Source: a bacterium (GTDB lineage Bacteria > Patescibacteriota > Saccharimonadia > Saccharimonadales > SZUA-47). From it: a DNA stretch of 64,000 nt. The notes under the pieces were generated by a model that was not told the DNA's origin, ran no database searches, and saw only the letters and a list, made by a program, of their open reading frames with translations. The first letter of the stretch is position 1; each line of letters starts with the position of its first letter. The stretch covers positions 362,383 through 426,382 of the forward strand of contig JAUIBF010000001.1 in the NCBI GenBank assembly GCA_030428125.1. Reading direction: 5' to 3'. Of the stretch, positions 38,773 through 47,229 are shown one piece after another. The position numbers were made by a program, and so were the translations under genes.

Positions 38773-38798
38773 ACGCCGGAGGACACTCCGGCGTTTTT
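38773..38798 (+). terminator. strong intrinsic terminator
   Basis: Perfect 9-bp stem ACGCCGGAG/CTCCGGCGT, loop GACA, then T5. Confidence 0.85.
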
Positions 38799-38836
38799 AG
38801 TTTGTAAAAATTTAATGAATCAATTTAGGAAATAAT

Positions 38837-39109
38837 ATGAATACAAGAAAAGAAGACACAGGAATTGAAAGCCAGGAGCGTGGCCTTGACGTACCTAAGA
38901 TAGAGGGAGAGTTTTTTGGCGTTGATGGCAAGAGGTATCTTGATAGAAGATACACTGCTGAATATGTAGAACAAAGCACTGTTCTTACTCCAAGGACAGC
39001 CGATCTAAACATAGTTGGGCCTGCAATAGTGGAGCTCTCCACACCGGCAACAAGAGCAAGTGTAAAGAAAGCACTTCTTAATAAAAACTTGCCCGGTGTA
39101 AACCTGTAG
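38837..39109 (+). CDS. hypothetical 90-aa protein (monocistronic, flanked by terminators)
   Basis: AGGA lies 7 nt upstream of the ATG. No family recognised. Confidence 0.5.
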   Translation: MNTRKEDTGIESQERGLDVPKIEGEFFGVDGKRYLDRRYTAEYVEQSTVLTPRTADLNIVGPAIVELSTPATRASVKKALLNKNLPGVNL

Positions 39110-39138
39110 AAAGGAGGAGGTTTAAACCACCTCCTTTC
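39109..39138 (+). terminator. terminator-like hairpin before hisS
   Basis: GAAAGGAGGAGG-TTTAAA-CCACCTCCTTTC (11 bp, one mismatch). A T5 run lies 9 nt further downstream. Confidence 0.5.
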
Positions 39139-39185
39139 GTACTTAATTTTTAAAGCACATGCATATATGTGAAGGAATAGTTATA

Positions 39186-40487
39186 ATGGATGAAATGAAA
39201 GCAAATACGCAACCTTACAAAGGCGCGAGAGATTTTTACCCGGAAGACAAACGCTTCCAGCAATGGATGTTCCAAAAGTGGCGCGATGTTGTCGAAAGTT
39301 ACGGTTACGAGGAGTACGACGCACCTATACTGGAGCCGACGGAGCTTTACCTCATGAAAGGTAGCGAAGAAATAGTAAATGAGCAAACATATACGTTTAA
39401 GGACCGTGGCAACAGAAGTGTGACAGTCAGGACCGAGATGACGCCGAGCGTCAGTCGAATGGTAGCCGGCAGGCGTCAGGAACTGGCCTATCCGCTGAGG
39501 TGGTATTCGTTTCCAAACTTATGGCGTTATGAGCGCATGCAAAAAGGAAGGCTAAGAGAGTTCTGGCAGCCGAATGTCGATTTATTCGGAGTTAGTTCTA
39601 TATATGGCGAGTTCGAGATGGTGCAAATCATCGATGATTTGCTGCAAGTTTTCAAAGCCAAAAGGACTAGCTATACAATAAAAATTTCTAGTCGAAAAAT
39701 AGTTAATGCATTGATGGAACAATGTGGGCTAGACGAAGAAACGCAAATTCAAGTTATCCGGTTGGTAGATAAAGTTGATAAAATGCCGGCAGATAAGTTT
39801 GAATCTGAGTTAGACAGAATTACAAAATCAAAAGATGTAAGTGTTAAGATAGTAAATTTTCTGGGCGCGAAGGATATTACTGATATCAATGCATCGCTGA
39901 AAGAAATACCATCATATAAAGACATGGTTAAGCTTTTTGAGCTTTTTAAATCCAGAGGTATTACCAACGCAGTGTTTTCCTCGTCGGTGATGAGGGGCTT
40001 TGACTACTATACAGACATCGTTTTTGAAGTGTTTGATAATAACCCTGACAATCCGAGATCTATGATGGGTGGAGGGCGCTATGATGGATTGGTCGGACAA
40101 TTCGGAGTTGAACCAGTACCGACAATCGGGTTTGCGTGGGGTGACGTAGTTTTTGCCGAATTTTTGAAATCCAATAAATTAATATCGACCCTACAGACCA
40201 CAGTTGACGTAATGGTTTTAATTAGAGACGATTCACTTGATGAAGCTCAGTTTGCCGCTCAGGAGCTGAGAGAAATGGGCATTAATGTCGCGATTGATAT
40301 AAGTGAGCGTAAGCTAGATAAGCAGCTAAAAAGCGCCTATAAGAGTGGAGTCAGGTATGTGATGTTTGTAGGGAAGAGTGAATTGTCGGAGCAAGTTTAT
40401 ACGCTCAAAGATCTCAAAACAGACAAAGAAGAAAAGCATACCTTGGCGAGAATAGTTAGTATCGTAAAAGATTCACGTAAAAAATAA
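39186..40487 (+). CDS. hisS: histidine--tRNA ligase
   Basis: Class II motifs: PYKGARDFYP, RYERMQKGRLREFWQ and GGGRYDGL. Start chosen at the ATG after GAAGGA; the track ORF begins at 39159. Confidence 0.9.
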   Translation: MDEMKANTQPYKGARDFYPEDKRFQQWMFQKWRDVVESYGYEEYDAPILEPTELYLMKGSEEIVNEQTYTFKDRGNRSVTVRTEMTPSVSRMVAGRRQELAYPLRWYSFPNLWRYERMQKGRLREFWQPNVDLFGVSSIYGEFEMVQIIDDLLQVFKAKRTSYTIKISSRKIVNALMEQCGLDEETQIQVIRLVDKVDKMPADKFESELDRITKSKDVSVKIVNFLGAKDITDINASLKEIPSYKDMVKLFELFKSRGITNAVFSSSVMRGFDYYTDIVFEVFDNNPDNPRSMMGGGRYDGLVGQFGVEPVPTIGFAWGDVVFAEFLKSNKLISTLQTTVDVMVLIRDDSLDEAQFAAQELREMGINVAIDISERKLDKQLKSAYKSGVRYVMFVGKSELSEQVYTLKDLKTDKEEKHTLARIVSIVKDSRKK

Positions 40488-40515
40488 ACTGTAAATTAGA
40501 CAAACCAATTTAGAT

Positions 40516-40776
40516 TTGTTAATTTGGATGACGATGGAAATTTTAGTAAGAGATACTTTCATTGAATATCCACAAGACAGATCAAGACAATGGGGTGCAG
40601 TCGTTGTGGCCGAAGCAGATGGCAACAAACTAAGAGGTCAGTATCCTCCGGTCAATGGGATGCCAGGCGCTGAATCTGCTACACAGGCTCTAGAGCTGGC
40701 AAATCTGGATCTTCACAGAGTCGCTAGAGGCTTAGGAGTCGGAGCTGCAACAGTGGCTAAGATTCACGCAGTATAG
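40516..40776 (+). CDS. hypothetical small protein with an HTH-like C-terminus
   Basis: 80-86 aa (ATGs at 40528 and 40534 are alternatives; TAATTT lies 8 nt before 40534). The C-terminal LHRVARGLGVGAATVAKI fits a helix-turn-helix pattern by eye. Confidence 0.45.
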   Translation: MLIWMTMEILVRDTFIEYPQDRSRQWGAVVVAEADGNKLRGQYPPVNGMPGAESATQALELANLDLHRVARGLGVGAATVAKIHAV

Positions 40777-40871
40777 ACAAATCACCCCTGTTATGCTAGA
40801 CTGGTAAGTCATTGGTTCTTGAGAGATTTTGAGAACGATTAATAACTACTAATTGAAAGTAAAGAAGACGA

Positions 40872-42143
40872 ATGAAACTTCATATTGAACGTAAAGAAGA
40901 CACGCTAGCAATGATTGATATCTCTGCTACTGAAGACGAATTGGCAAAGATTAAGCAAAAGGTACTAAAGAAGCTACAGCCGCAGGTAAAAGTAGCGGGC
41001 TTCAGAGACGGTAAAGTACCACTAGAAGTTGTCGAGAAGAACATTGACGGCCAGAGACTGCAAACAGAATTCATCGACGAAGCAATCAATACTCTATACA
41101 TCGCAGCTCTACGTGAAGACAGAATTCGACCAGTCGGACAACCAAAAGTAGAGATTAAGAAGTTCGTACCTTTTACGACATTAGATGTTGAGTTAGAGCT
41201 TCCGGTTGTTGGTGAGGTTAAGCTTCCTGATTACAAAAAACTAAACGTTAAAAGACCTGAAGTTAAGGTTGAAGCAAAGCAAGTTACTGAAGTCATAGAA
41301 AACTTACGTCTTCGTGCTGCAGAAAAAGAAGAAGTGAAACGTGCCGCAAAAGATGGTGATGAAGCTGTAATAGATTTTAAAGGTGTAGACGCTAAAGGCG
41401 AAGACGTTAAGGGTGCTGATGGTAACGATTACCCACTGGCGCTAGGTTCAGGAACATTTATCCCAGGGTTTGAAGAAAATGTTGTCGGAATGAAGCCAGG
41501 AGATGATAAAGAGTTCAAAGTTACCTTTCCTAAAGATTACGGCGCTAAAGCTCTGCAGAATGCAAAAGTAACCTTTACCGTAAAACTTAAAAAAGTAATG
41601 GAAGTGAAAAAGCCTAAAGCAGATGACGAGCTTGCTAAGAAGGTGGGCCCATTCGAGACACTAGCTGATTTGAAAAAAGATATTAAGAAACAACTAGAGC
41701 ATGACGCGAAGCACAAAGCAGAGCGTGACTACGAAGCAGCAATAGTTGAAGCCGTAACTGAAAAGACCAAGGTAAAGATTCCTGAAAGTCTGATTACCGA
41801 ACAAGAAGATATGGTGATTAATGAAGTAAAGCAAAACACAGTTCAAAGAGGCTTGACCTACCAAGAGTACCTAAAACAATTAGGTGTGAGTGAAGAGGAG
41901 TACCGAAAGACTGAGATTAATAAAGAAGCAGAACGCCGGATTAAAGCAGGATTAGTTTTGTCAGAAATTGCTGATATCGAAGGTATTGATGTTACTCCTG
42001 AAGAATTAGAATCTAGACTGCAACAGCTAAAGGGCCAGTACCAAGACAAGCAAATGCAAGCTCAGCTTGATCAGCCAGAAAATCGTCGAGAAATAAACGC
42101 TCGTTTGCGATCTGAAAAAGTTATTAACCTCCTGAAGAAGTAA
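40872..42143 (+). CDS. tig: trigger factor
   Basis: 423 aa with ribosome-binding signature AGFRDGKVP, a central FKBP-type PPIase segment (IDFKG...GFEENVVGMKPGD) and a C-terminal helical domain. Confidence 0.92.
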   Translation: MKLHIERKEDTLAMIDISATEDELAKIKQKVLKKLQPQVKVAGFRDGKVPLEVVEKNIDGQRLQTEFIDEAINTLYIAALREDRIRPVGQPKVEIKKFVPFTTLDVELELPVVGEVKLPDYKKLNVKRPEVKVEAKQVTEVIENLRLRAAEKEEVKRAAKDGDEAVIDFKGVDAKGEDVKGADGNDYPLALGSGTFIPGFEENVVGMKPGDDKEFKVTFPKDYGAKALQNAKVTFTVKLKKVMEVKKPKADDELAKKVGPFETLADLKKDIKKQLEHDAKHKAERDYEAAIVEAVTEKTKVKIPESLITEQEDMVINEVKQNTVQRGLTYQEYLKQLGVSEEEYRKTEINKEAERRIKAGLVLSEIADIEGIDVTPEELESRLQQLKGQYQDKQMQAQLDQPENRREINARLRSEKVINLLKK

Positions 42144-42153
42144 CAGCTACAAA

Positions 42154-42372
42154 ATGGATAGACTAGAACCTGGTGTTGATTCTTTATTTAGTGCTGCCGA
42201 TTTACGTAACGCAGCAGAAGCCAGCCCTGACCCTGAACAGTGTCGCCGGACAGCAGCCTGGGCTATAAAAGGGGTTGCTGACACTGGAGTCCCAGATGAT
42301 GTGGCTACTGAATATTTCAAAATTGTTGCAAGTAAATTTCAATACTTAGCACTCAAGCTTGACGAGTGCTAA
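42154..42372 (+). CDS. hypothetical 72-aa ORF whose last nine codons are the clpP CIRCE operator
   Basis: GNN-rich codons look coding, but there is no SD or promoter, and the 3' end ([10 protein letters not shown]-stop) coincides exactly with CIRCE at 42346-42372. Confidence 0.35.
   Translation: MDRLEPGVDSLFSAADLRNAAEASPDPEQCRRTAAWAIKGVADTGVPDDVATEYFKIVASKFQYLALKLDEC
42346..42372. promoter_or_regulatory. CIRCE operator (HrcA binding site) upstream of clpP
   Basis: TTAGCACTC-AAGCTTGAC-GAGTGCTAA, a perfect consensus match. Confidence 0.85.
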
Positions 42373-42388
42373 GTATAGAGTGTATATT
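42359..42388 (+). promoter_or_regulatory. clpP promoter (leaderless geometry)
   Basis: TTGACG(42359-42364, inside CIRCE)-N18-TATATT(42383-42388), then 7 nt to the ATG at 42396. Confidence 0.65.
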
Positions 42389-42395
42389 CAATATT

Positions 42396-43001
42396 ATGAA
42401 AGACGAGAATTCTAATCCAACAAGTTCAGTTTTAGTACCAACAGTCATTGAGTCTGACGGTCGAATGGAGAGGGCATATGATATTTATAGTCGCTTGCTT
42501 AAAGAGCGAATTATATTTCTAGGAACAGACGTAAATGCACATACTGCGAATCTAATCGTTGCACAGCTTTTGTTTCTTCAAAATGAAGATCCGAAAAAAG
42601 ACATCATGCTTTATATAAACAGCCCTGGTGGAAGTGTTTATGACGGCATGGCTATATTTGATACTATTCGCCATATAAAAAACGACGTCTCTACAGTCGG
42701 CATTGGTTTGCAAGCTAGTATGGGTGCGTTTCTGCTAAGTTCAGGAACTAAAGGTAAACGTTATGTCTTGCCTCACTCTAAAGTCATGATTCACCAGCCA
42801 TCTAGTGGGACTAGAGGTAAAGTCTCAGACATGGAAATCGATTTGAAACAGTCATTAGAACTACGTAAAGAGTTAAATGAAATTCTGGCTAAAAACACTG
42901 GTCAGAAACTATCTAAAATCGAAAAAGACGTCGACAGAGATTTCTGGATGTCTGCACAAGAAGCAGTTGACTACGGTATCGCCGACAAAGTTCTAGGATA
43001 A
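42396..43001 (+). CDS. clpP: ATP-dependent Clp protease proteolytic subunit
   Basis: Catalytic triad context [15 protein letters not shown] and DRDFWMSA. Start set at the ATG 7 nt after the -10; the track ORF begins at 42366. Confidence 0.93.
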   Translation: MKDENSNPTSSVLVPTVIESDGRMERAYDIYSRLLKERIIFLGTDVNAHTANLIVAQLLFLQNEDPKKDIMLYINSPGGSVYDGMAIFDTIRHIKNDVSTVGIGLQASMGAFLLSSGTKGKRYVLPHSKVMIHQPSSGTRGKVSDMEIDLKQSLELRKELNEILAKNTGQKLSKIEKDVDRDFWMSAQEAVDYGIADKVLG

Positions 43002-43006
43002 ATATA

Positions 43007-43035
43007 TTGAATATATTTAACAAAAGCAGTATAAT
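43007..43035 (+). promoter_or_regulatory. promoter of the orphan ORF at 43044
   Basis: TTGAAT-N17-TATAAT, then 8 nt to the GTG. It overlaps the AT-only palindrome AAATATAT-TGA-ATATATTT (43000-43018). Confidence 0.55.
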
Positions 43036-43043
43036 ATGTTTTT

Positions 43044-43601
43044 GTGAGTAAAAATATACAACTAATTCCCTTGTCTGATGTAAAAGAGCGTGATCACCCC
43101 CACTATCCACTAAGATTAGGTGACAGGTTACGAAACGATGATTCGGTATTTTCTAGACGACCTCAGTTCGAAGTAGTAAATTTTACAGGTGAAGGCGTGC
43201 TAAAAAGGTACACCCAGCTAGAAGAAGGAAATAAAGGCGACAGTGGATTTCTAGTTACCGTTGAGAATGAGGATCACACACTTGCACCTATAGGATTAGG
43301 TTCGATTGCTACGAGAGAACTGTTTGTTAAAACTGGACGGATAAGCTATGAATGCATGGGTCAATTTACGCTCGTGAGTGCTGTAGTATTGAATGCTGAC
43401 GCGAACTTTGAACCAGCAATGGGAGCTTTAGTTAAAGAGGCAATAAATTCAGACAGAGAATCCGTTGCTGCAATAGAACCAATTTATACGGATGGTGTAG
43501 TAGTTGACGCCTTAGTAGCTACTGTTGGTGATCTAAAAGAAGTAGGCAAAATTGGTGGTCCTGGTATACCTAAGCGTCCAATGCAACTATTTGTGGCTTG
43601 A
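43044..43601 (+). CDS. hypothetical protein (orphan) between clpP and rpoB
   Basis: 185 aa with a GTG start. No family recognised. Confidence 0.5.
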   Translation: MSKNIQLIPLSDVKERDHPHYPLRLGDRLRNDDSVFSRRPQFEVVNFTGEGVLKRYTQLEEGNKGDSGFLVTVENEDHTLAPIGLGSIATRELFVKTGRISYECMGQFTLVSAVVLNADANFEPAMGALVKEAINSDRESVAAIEPIYTDGVVVDALVATVGDLKEVGKIGGPGIPKRPMQLFVA

Positions 43602-43794
43602 CAGAAATAGGTTAAATCAATTAAAGTCTTATACTAAGAAGTAGTATGCATGCGAGCTGTTTTAGTCTCTTCGACTTAAAACGGGATCCGGCTCGTGATT
43701 GCTGTGTTCTTCCTGGCAAAACACTATTAAATTTAACTAAACAAAACAAACTGGCAATATTCGGAAATTGTGCAGGTTGTTTTAGGAGTCGCAA

Positions 43795-46700
43795 GTGGCA
43801 AAAGGCACTAAGAGTGCGCCGCTCCCCGGAGCAGACGCAAGAAAGTTCTTTAAAAAAAAGAAAGAAATTATCAATCTGCCAAATCTCGTAGACCATCAGA
43901 ACAAATCATTTCAGTGGTTTGTCGATGAAGGTCTCGGCGAGATTTTGAGTGAAATCAGTCCTATAGATGATTACACCGGCACTAAATTAAGCATTCGGTT
44001 CAAAGATTATCACTTTGAAGATCCAAAAATGACCGAAGCAGAGGCGCGTGAAAACAACGTAAGCTTCGAAGCTCCGCTAAAAGCTGTTGCAGAGCTAACA
44101 AACAAAGTTACGGGTGAAGTTAAAGACCAAGAAATCTACCTTGGTGATTACCCATGGATGACATCACGTGGAACCTTCGTTATTAACGGAGCTGAGCGTG
44201 TCGTAGTATCACAATTAATTAGAAGTGCTGGTGTATTCTTTACTGCTGAAAATCACAGTGGCGGAAAGAACCTCTATGGTGCAAAAGTAATCCCTGGTCG
44301 TGGTGCATGGCTAGAGTTTGAAACAGCAGCAAACGGTGCGCTATTCGTAAAAATAGACCGTAAGCGTAAGATTGCTGTTACGACATTGCTAAGAGCACTT
44401 GGTATGAGTGAAACTAAAATGCGTGAAGCATTTGCTGGAATCGATGACCCTAAGAATTCACACATTACTGCAACCTTAGATAAAGACCCTGCTAAGGGTG
44501 TCAATGAATCGCTAATTGAAGTTTACCGACGATTGCGTCCAGGTGACCTTGCGACTGTAGATAACGCTCGTTCATTGATCGAAAACATGTTCTTCAACTA
44601 CAAGAGATTTGATTTCTCTCGAGTTGGACGATACAAAATCAACAAGCGACTTAAGCTTGACGTGCCTAACACTATTGAAAATCGTGTGATGCGCCTAGAA
44701 GATTTAACAGCGATTGTTGCTGAGCTAATCCGATTGAACGTAACTCAAGATACACCAGATGATATCGACAGTCTTTCAAACCGACGTATTAAGTTAGTCG
44801 GTGAACTAGTTCAAAGACAATTCCGAATTGGTCTGCTTCGTATGGAACGAAACGCAAAAGACCGAATGTCTATGTCCGAAATCGAAACTGTGACTCCTTC
44901 ACAACTAATCAATGCTAGGCCAGTTGTTGCTGCAGTTCGCGAATTCTTCGCCAGCTCTCAGTTGTCGCAGTTCATGGATCAGATTAACCCGCTATCAGAG
45001 CTTGCTCACAAGCGACGTCTAAGTTCTATGGGTCCTGGTGGACTTTCTCGTGAACGTGCAGGATTCGAAGTCCGTGACGCTCATGCAACTCACTACGGAC
45101 GTATTTGTCCGGTAGAAACACCGGAAGGTGCAAACATTGGTCTTGTGTTGAACATGGCTATGTATGCACGAATTAATGACTACGGATTCATGGAAACTCC
45201 ATACCGAGTAGTTAAAAAAGGAAAAGTTACAGACGAAATCGTTTACCTAGATGCTGCTGATGAAGCAGAAGCTGTTATTGCGAGTGCAGGTGAAGAACTA
45301 AAAGAAAACGGAAGTTTTGTAAATTCTCGTGTTTCTGCTCGTAACAAATTGGTTTCAACTGAAGTTGATACAAAAGAAGTTACTCACATCGACGCAGCTG
45401 ACCGACAGATTATCGGTTCAAGCGCTGGTTTGATTCCATTCATCGAAAAGAACTACGTTTACCGAAGTTTGATGGGTAGTAACCAGCAACGTCAGGCAGT
45501 TCCACTAATAACTCCAGAAGCGCCAATTGTTGGTACTGGTCTGGAAGGTGAAGTTGCTAAAAACTCTGGACAGGTTGTTATGGCCGAAGAGGCTGGTGAA
45601 GTTTTGGAAGCTAGCGCAAACAAAGTGGTCGTCGCTTACAAAAAGCGAAAAGCTACTTATGAACCAGTTCATTTCCTACGCTCTAACGAAGGCTCATCAA
45701 TTAACCAAAAAGTTATGGTTAACAAAGGTGACAAAGTTAAAGCTGGGGACATCCTTGTAGAAGGTATGTCAGTAGATCACGGAGAATTAGCACTAGGTAA
45801 AAACTTGCTTGTAGCATTCATGCCATGGCAAGGTTATAACTTCGAAGATGCGATTGTTGTGTCCCGAAGACTAGTACAAGACGACACTCTTACATCTGTT
45901 CACATTGTTGATTACATGACAGAGGTACGTGAAACAAAGCTAGGTCCTGAAATCGTAACTCGAGATATCCCTAACGTATCAGAAGAAGCACTACGTCACT
46001 TAGACGAGGATGGAATTGTCCGAATCGGTGCTGAAGTACATCCTGGAGATATCTTGGTTGGTAAAATTACACCAAAGGGTGAGCAAGAACTTTCAAGCGA
46101 AGAGCGTCTATTGCGCGCAATCTTCGGTGAAAAAGCTAAAGAAGTACGTGATACTTCACAGCGAATGAGTAACGGTAAGCACGGAAAAGTTGTGGGAGTA
46201 AAAGTATTCTCACGAGCAAACGGTCACGAGCTAAAAGCTGGTGTAATTATGCAAATCCAAGTGTTCGTTGCTCAGATGCGTAAGATTGCAGTTGGAGACA
46301 AACTTGGTGGTCGTCACGGCAACAAAGGTGTTATCGCTCGAGTTCTACCAGAAGAAGATATGCCATTTACAGAAAATGGAACACCAATTGACGTAGTATT
46401 GAACCCGCTAGGTGTGCCTAGCCGTATGAACATCGGACAGTTGTTCGAAGTCCACTTAGGAATGGCTGCTAGTGCTCTAGGCTTTAATGTAGCTAGTCCA
46501 TCATTTGACGGTGTAGAAACATCAAAAATTCGTGAACTGCTTGCCGAAGCTAAATTACCAGAAGACGGAAAACAACAATTGTTTGACGGACGAACTGGTG
46601 AACCATTTAGTGAGCGAACTACAGTTGGTTCTATGTACATGATTAAGCTAAACCACATGATTGTCGATAAGATTCACGCACGAAGCACTGGACCATACAC

Positions 46701-47229
46701 AATGGTTACCCAGCAACCTCTTGGTGGTAAAGCACAAAACGGTGGTCAGAGATTTGGTGAAATGGAAGTTTGGGCACTTGAAGCTTATGGTGCCGCAAAC
46801 ACATTGCAAGAAATGTTGACATTGAAGTCTGACGACGTTTATGGACGTTCAAAGGCCTACGAATCAATCATTAAAGGCACTGAAATCGTCGGACCGAAAG
46901 TTCCAGAAAGCTTTAACGTTCTTGTGAAAGAACTTCAAGGCCTAGGACTTAAAGTTGACTTAGTTGAAGGTGAAACAGCAGAAATTTTGGATGCTGAAAA
47001 AGTATTGCAGGAAAACGTAAAAGACGAAGGCGACCACATGCCTGAAGTTGAAGTTCCTACTGATGCAATTTCTGACGTAGATGTAACAGAAGACGCTGCT
47101 ACTGAAGGTGAATTTGCAGTTACTGACGCTGACGGAAACGAAGTTGAAGCTGAAAACAATGATGCGGAGGATGCCAATGCTGAGCATGAATACGCCGCAG
47201 ACTCTGAAGATGAGAAGGAGGTAGCGTAA
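43795..47229 (+). CDS. rpoB: DNA-directed RNA polymerase subunit beta, with an acidic C-terminal tail
   Basis: 1144 aa with a GTG start after AGGAG and the GDKLGGRHGNKGV motif. The last roughly 90 aa are Asp/Glu/Ala-rich. Confidence 0.95.
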   Translation: MAKGTKSAPLPGADARKFFKKKKEIINLPNLVDHQNKSFQWFVDEGLGEILSEISPIDDYTGTKLSIRFKDYHFEDPKMTEAEARENNVSFEAPLKAVAELTNKVTGEVKDQEIYLGDYPWMTSRGTFVINGAERVVVSQLIRSAGVFFTAENHSGGKNLYGAKVIPGRGAWLEFETAANGALFVKIDRKRKIAVTTLLRALGMSETKMREAFAGIDDPKNSHITATLDKDPAKGVNESLIEVYRRLRPGDLATVDNARSLIENMFFNYKRFDFSRVGRYKINKRLKLDVPNTIENRVMRLEDLTAIVAELIRLNVTQDTPDDIDSLSNRRIKLVGELVQRQFRIGLLRMERNAKDRMSMSEIETVTPSQLINARPVVAAVREFFASSQLSQFMDQINPLSELAHKRRLSSMGPGGLSRERAGFEVRDAHATHYGRICPVETPEGANIGLVLNMAMYARINDYGFMETPYRVVKKGKVTDEIVYLDAADEAEAVIASAGEELKENGSFVNSRVSARNKLVSTEVDTKEVTHIDAADRQIIGSSAGLIPFIEKNYVYRSLMGSNQQRQAVPLITPEAPIVGTGLEGEVAKNSGQVVMAEEAGEVLEASANKVVVAYKKRKATYEPVHFLRSNEGSSINQKVMVNKGDKVKAGDILVEGMSVDHGELALGKNLLVAFMPWQGYNFEDAIVVSRRLVQDDTLTSVHIVDYMTEVRETKLGPEIVTRDIPNVSEEALRHLDEDGIVRIGAEVHPGDILVGKITPKGEQELSSEERLLRAIFGEKAKEVRDTSQRMSNGKHGKVVGVKVFSRANGHELKAGVIMQIQVFVAQMRKIAVGDKLGGRHGNKGVIARVLPEEDMPFTENGTPIDVVLNPLGVPSRMNIGQLFEVHLGMAASALGFNVASPSFDGVETSKIRELLAEAKLPEDGKQQLFDGRTGEPFSERTTVGSMYMIKLNHMIVDKIHARSTGPYTMVTQQPLGGKAQNGGQRFGEMEVWALEAYGAANTLQEMLTLKSDDVYGRSKAYESIIKGTEIVGPKVPESFNVLVKELQGLGLKVDLVEGETAEILDAEKVLQENVKDEGDHMPEVEVPTDAISDVDVTEDAATEGEFAVTDADGNEVEAENNDAEDANAEHEYAADSEDEKEVA

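Noticed and set aside
39127-39140. Similarity of CCACCTCCTTTCGTAC to the tRNA-Leu 3' end (AGTCCTTTCATCC), as a possible right-hand att site for the orphan island.
   Set aside because: Only about 9 of 13 positions match, and the sequence is fully explained as the 3' arm of a terminator-like hairpin. This is probably coincidence.
43621-43896. Overlapping ORFs on both strands in the rpoB upstream region (43621-43896 minus strand, 43646-43891 plus strand).
   Set aside because: They overlap each other and the well-supported GTG start and AGGAG SD of rpoB. Their translations are Cys/Arg/Leu-rich with no coding-like codon pattern. The region is more likely the rpoB leader.
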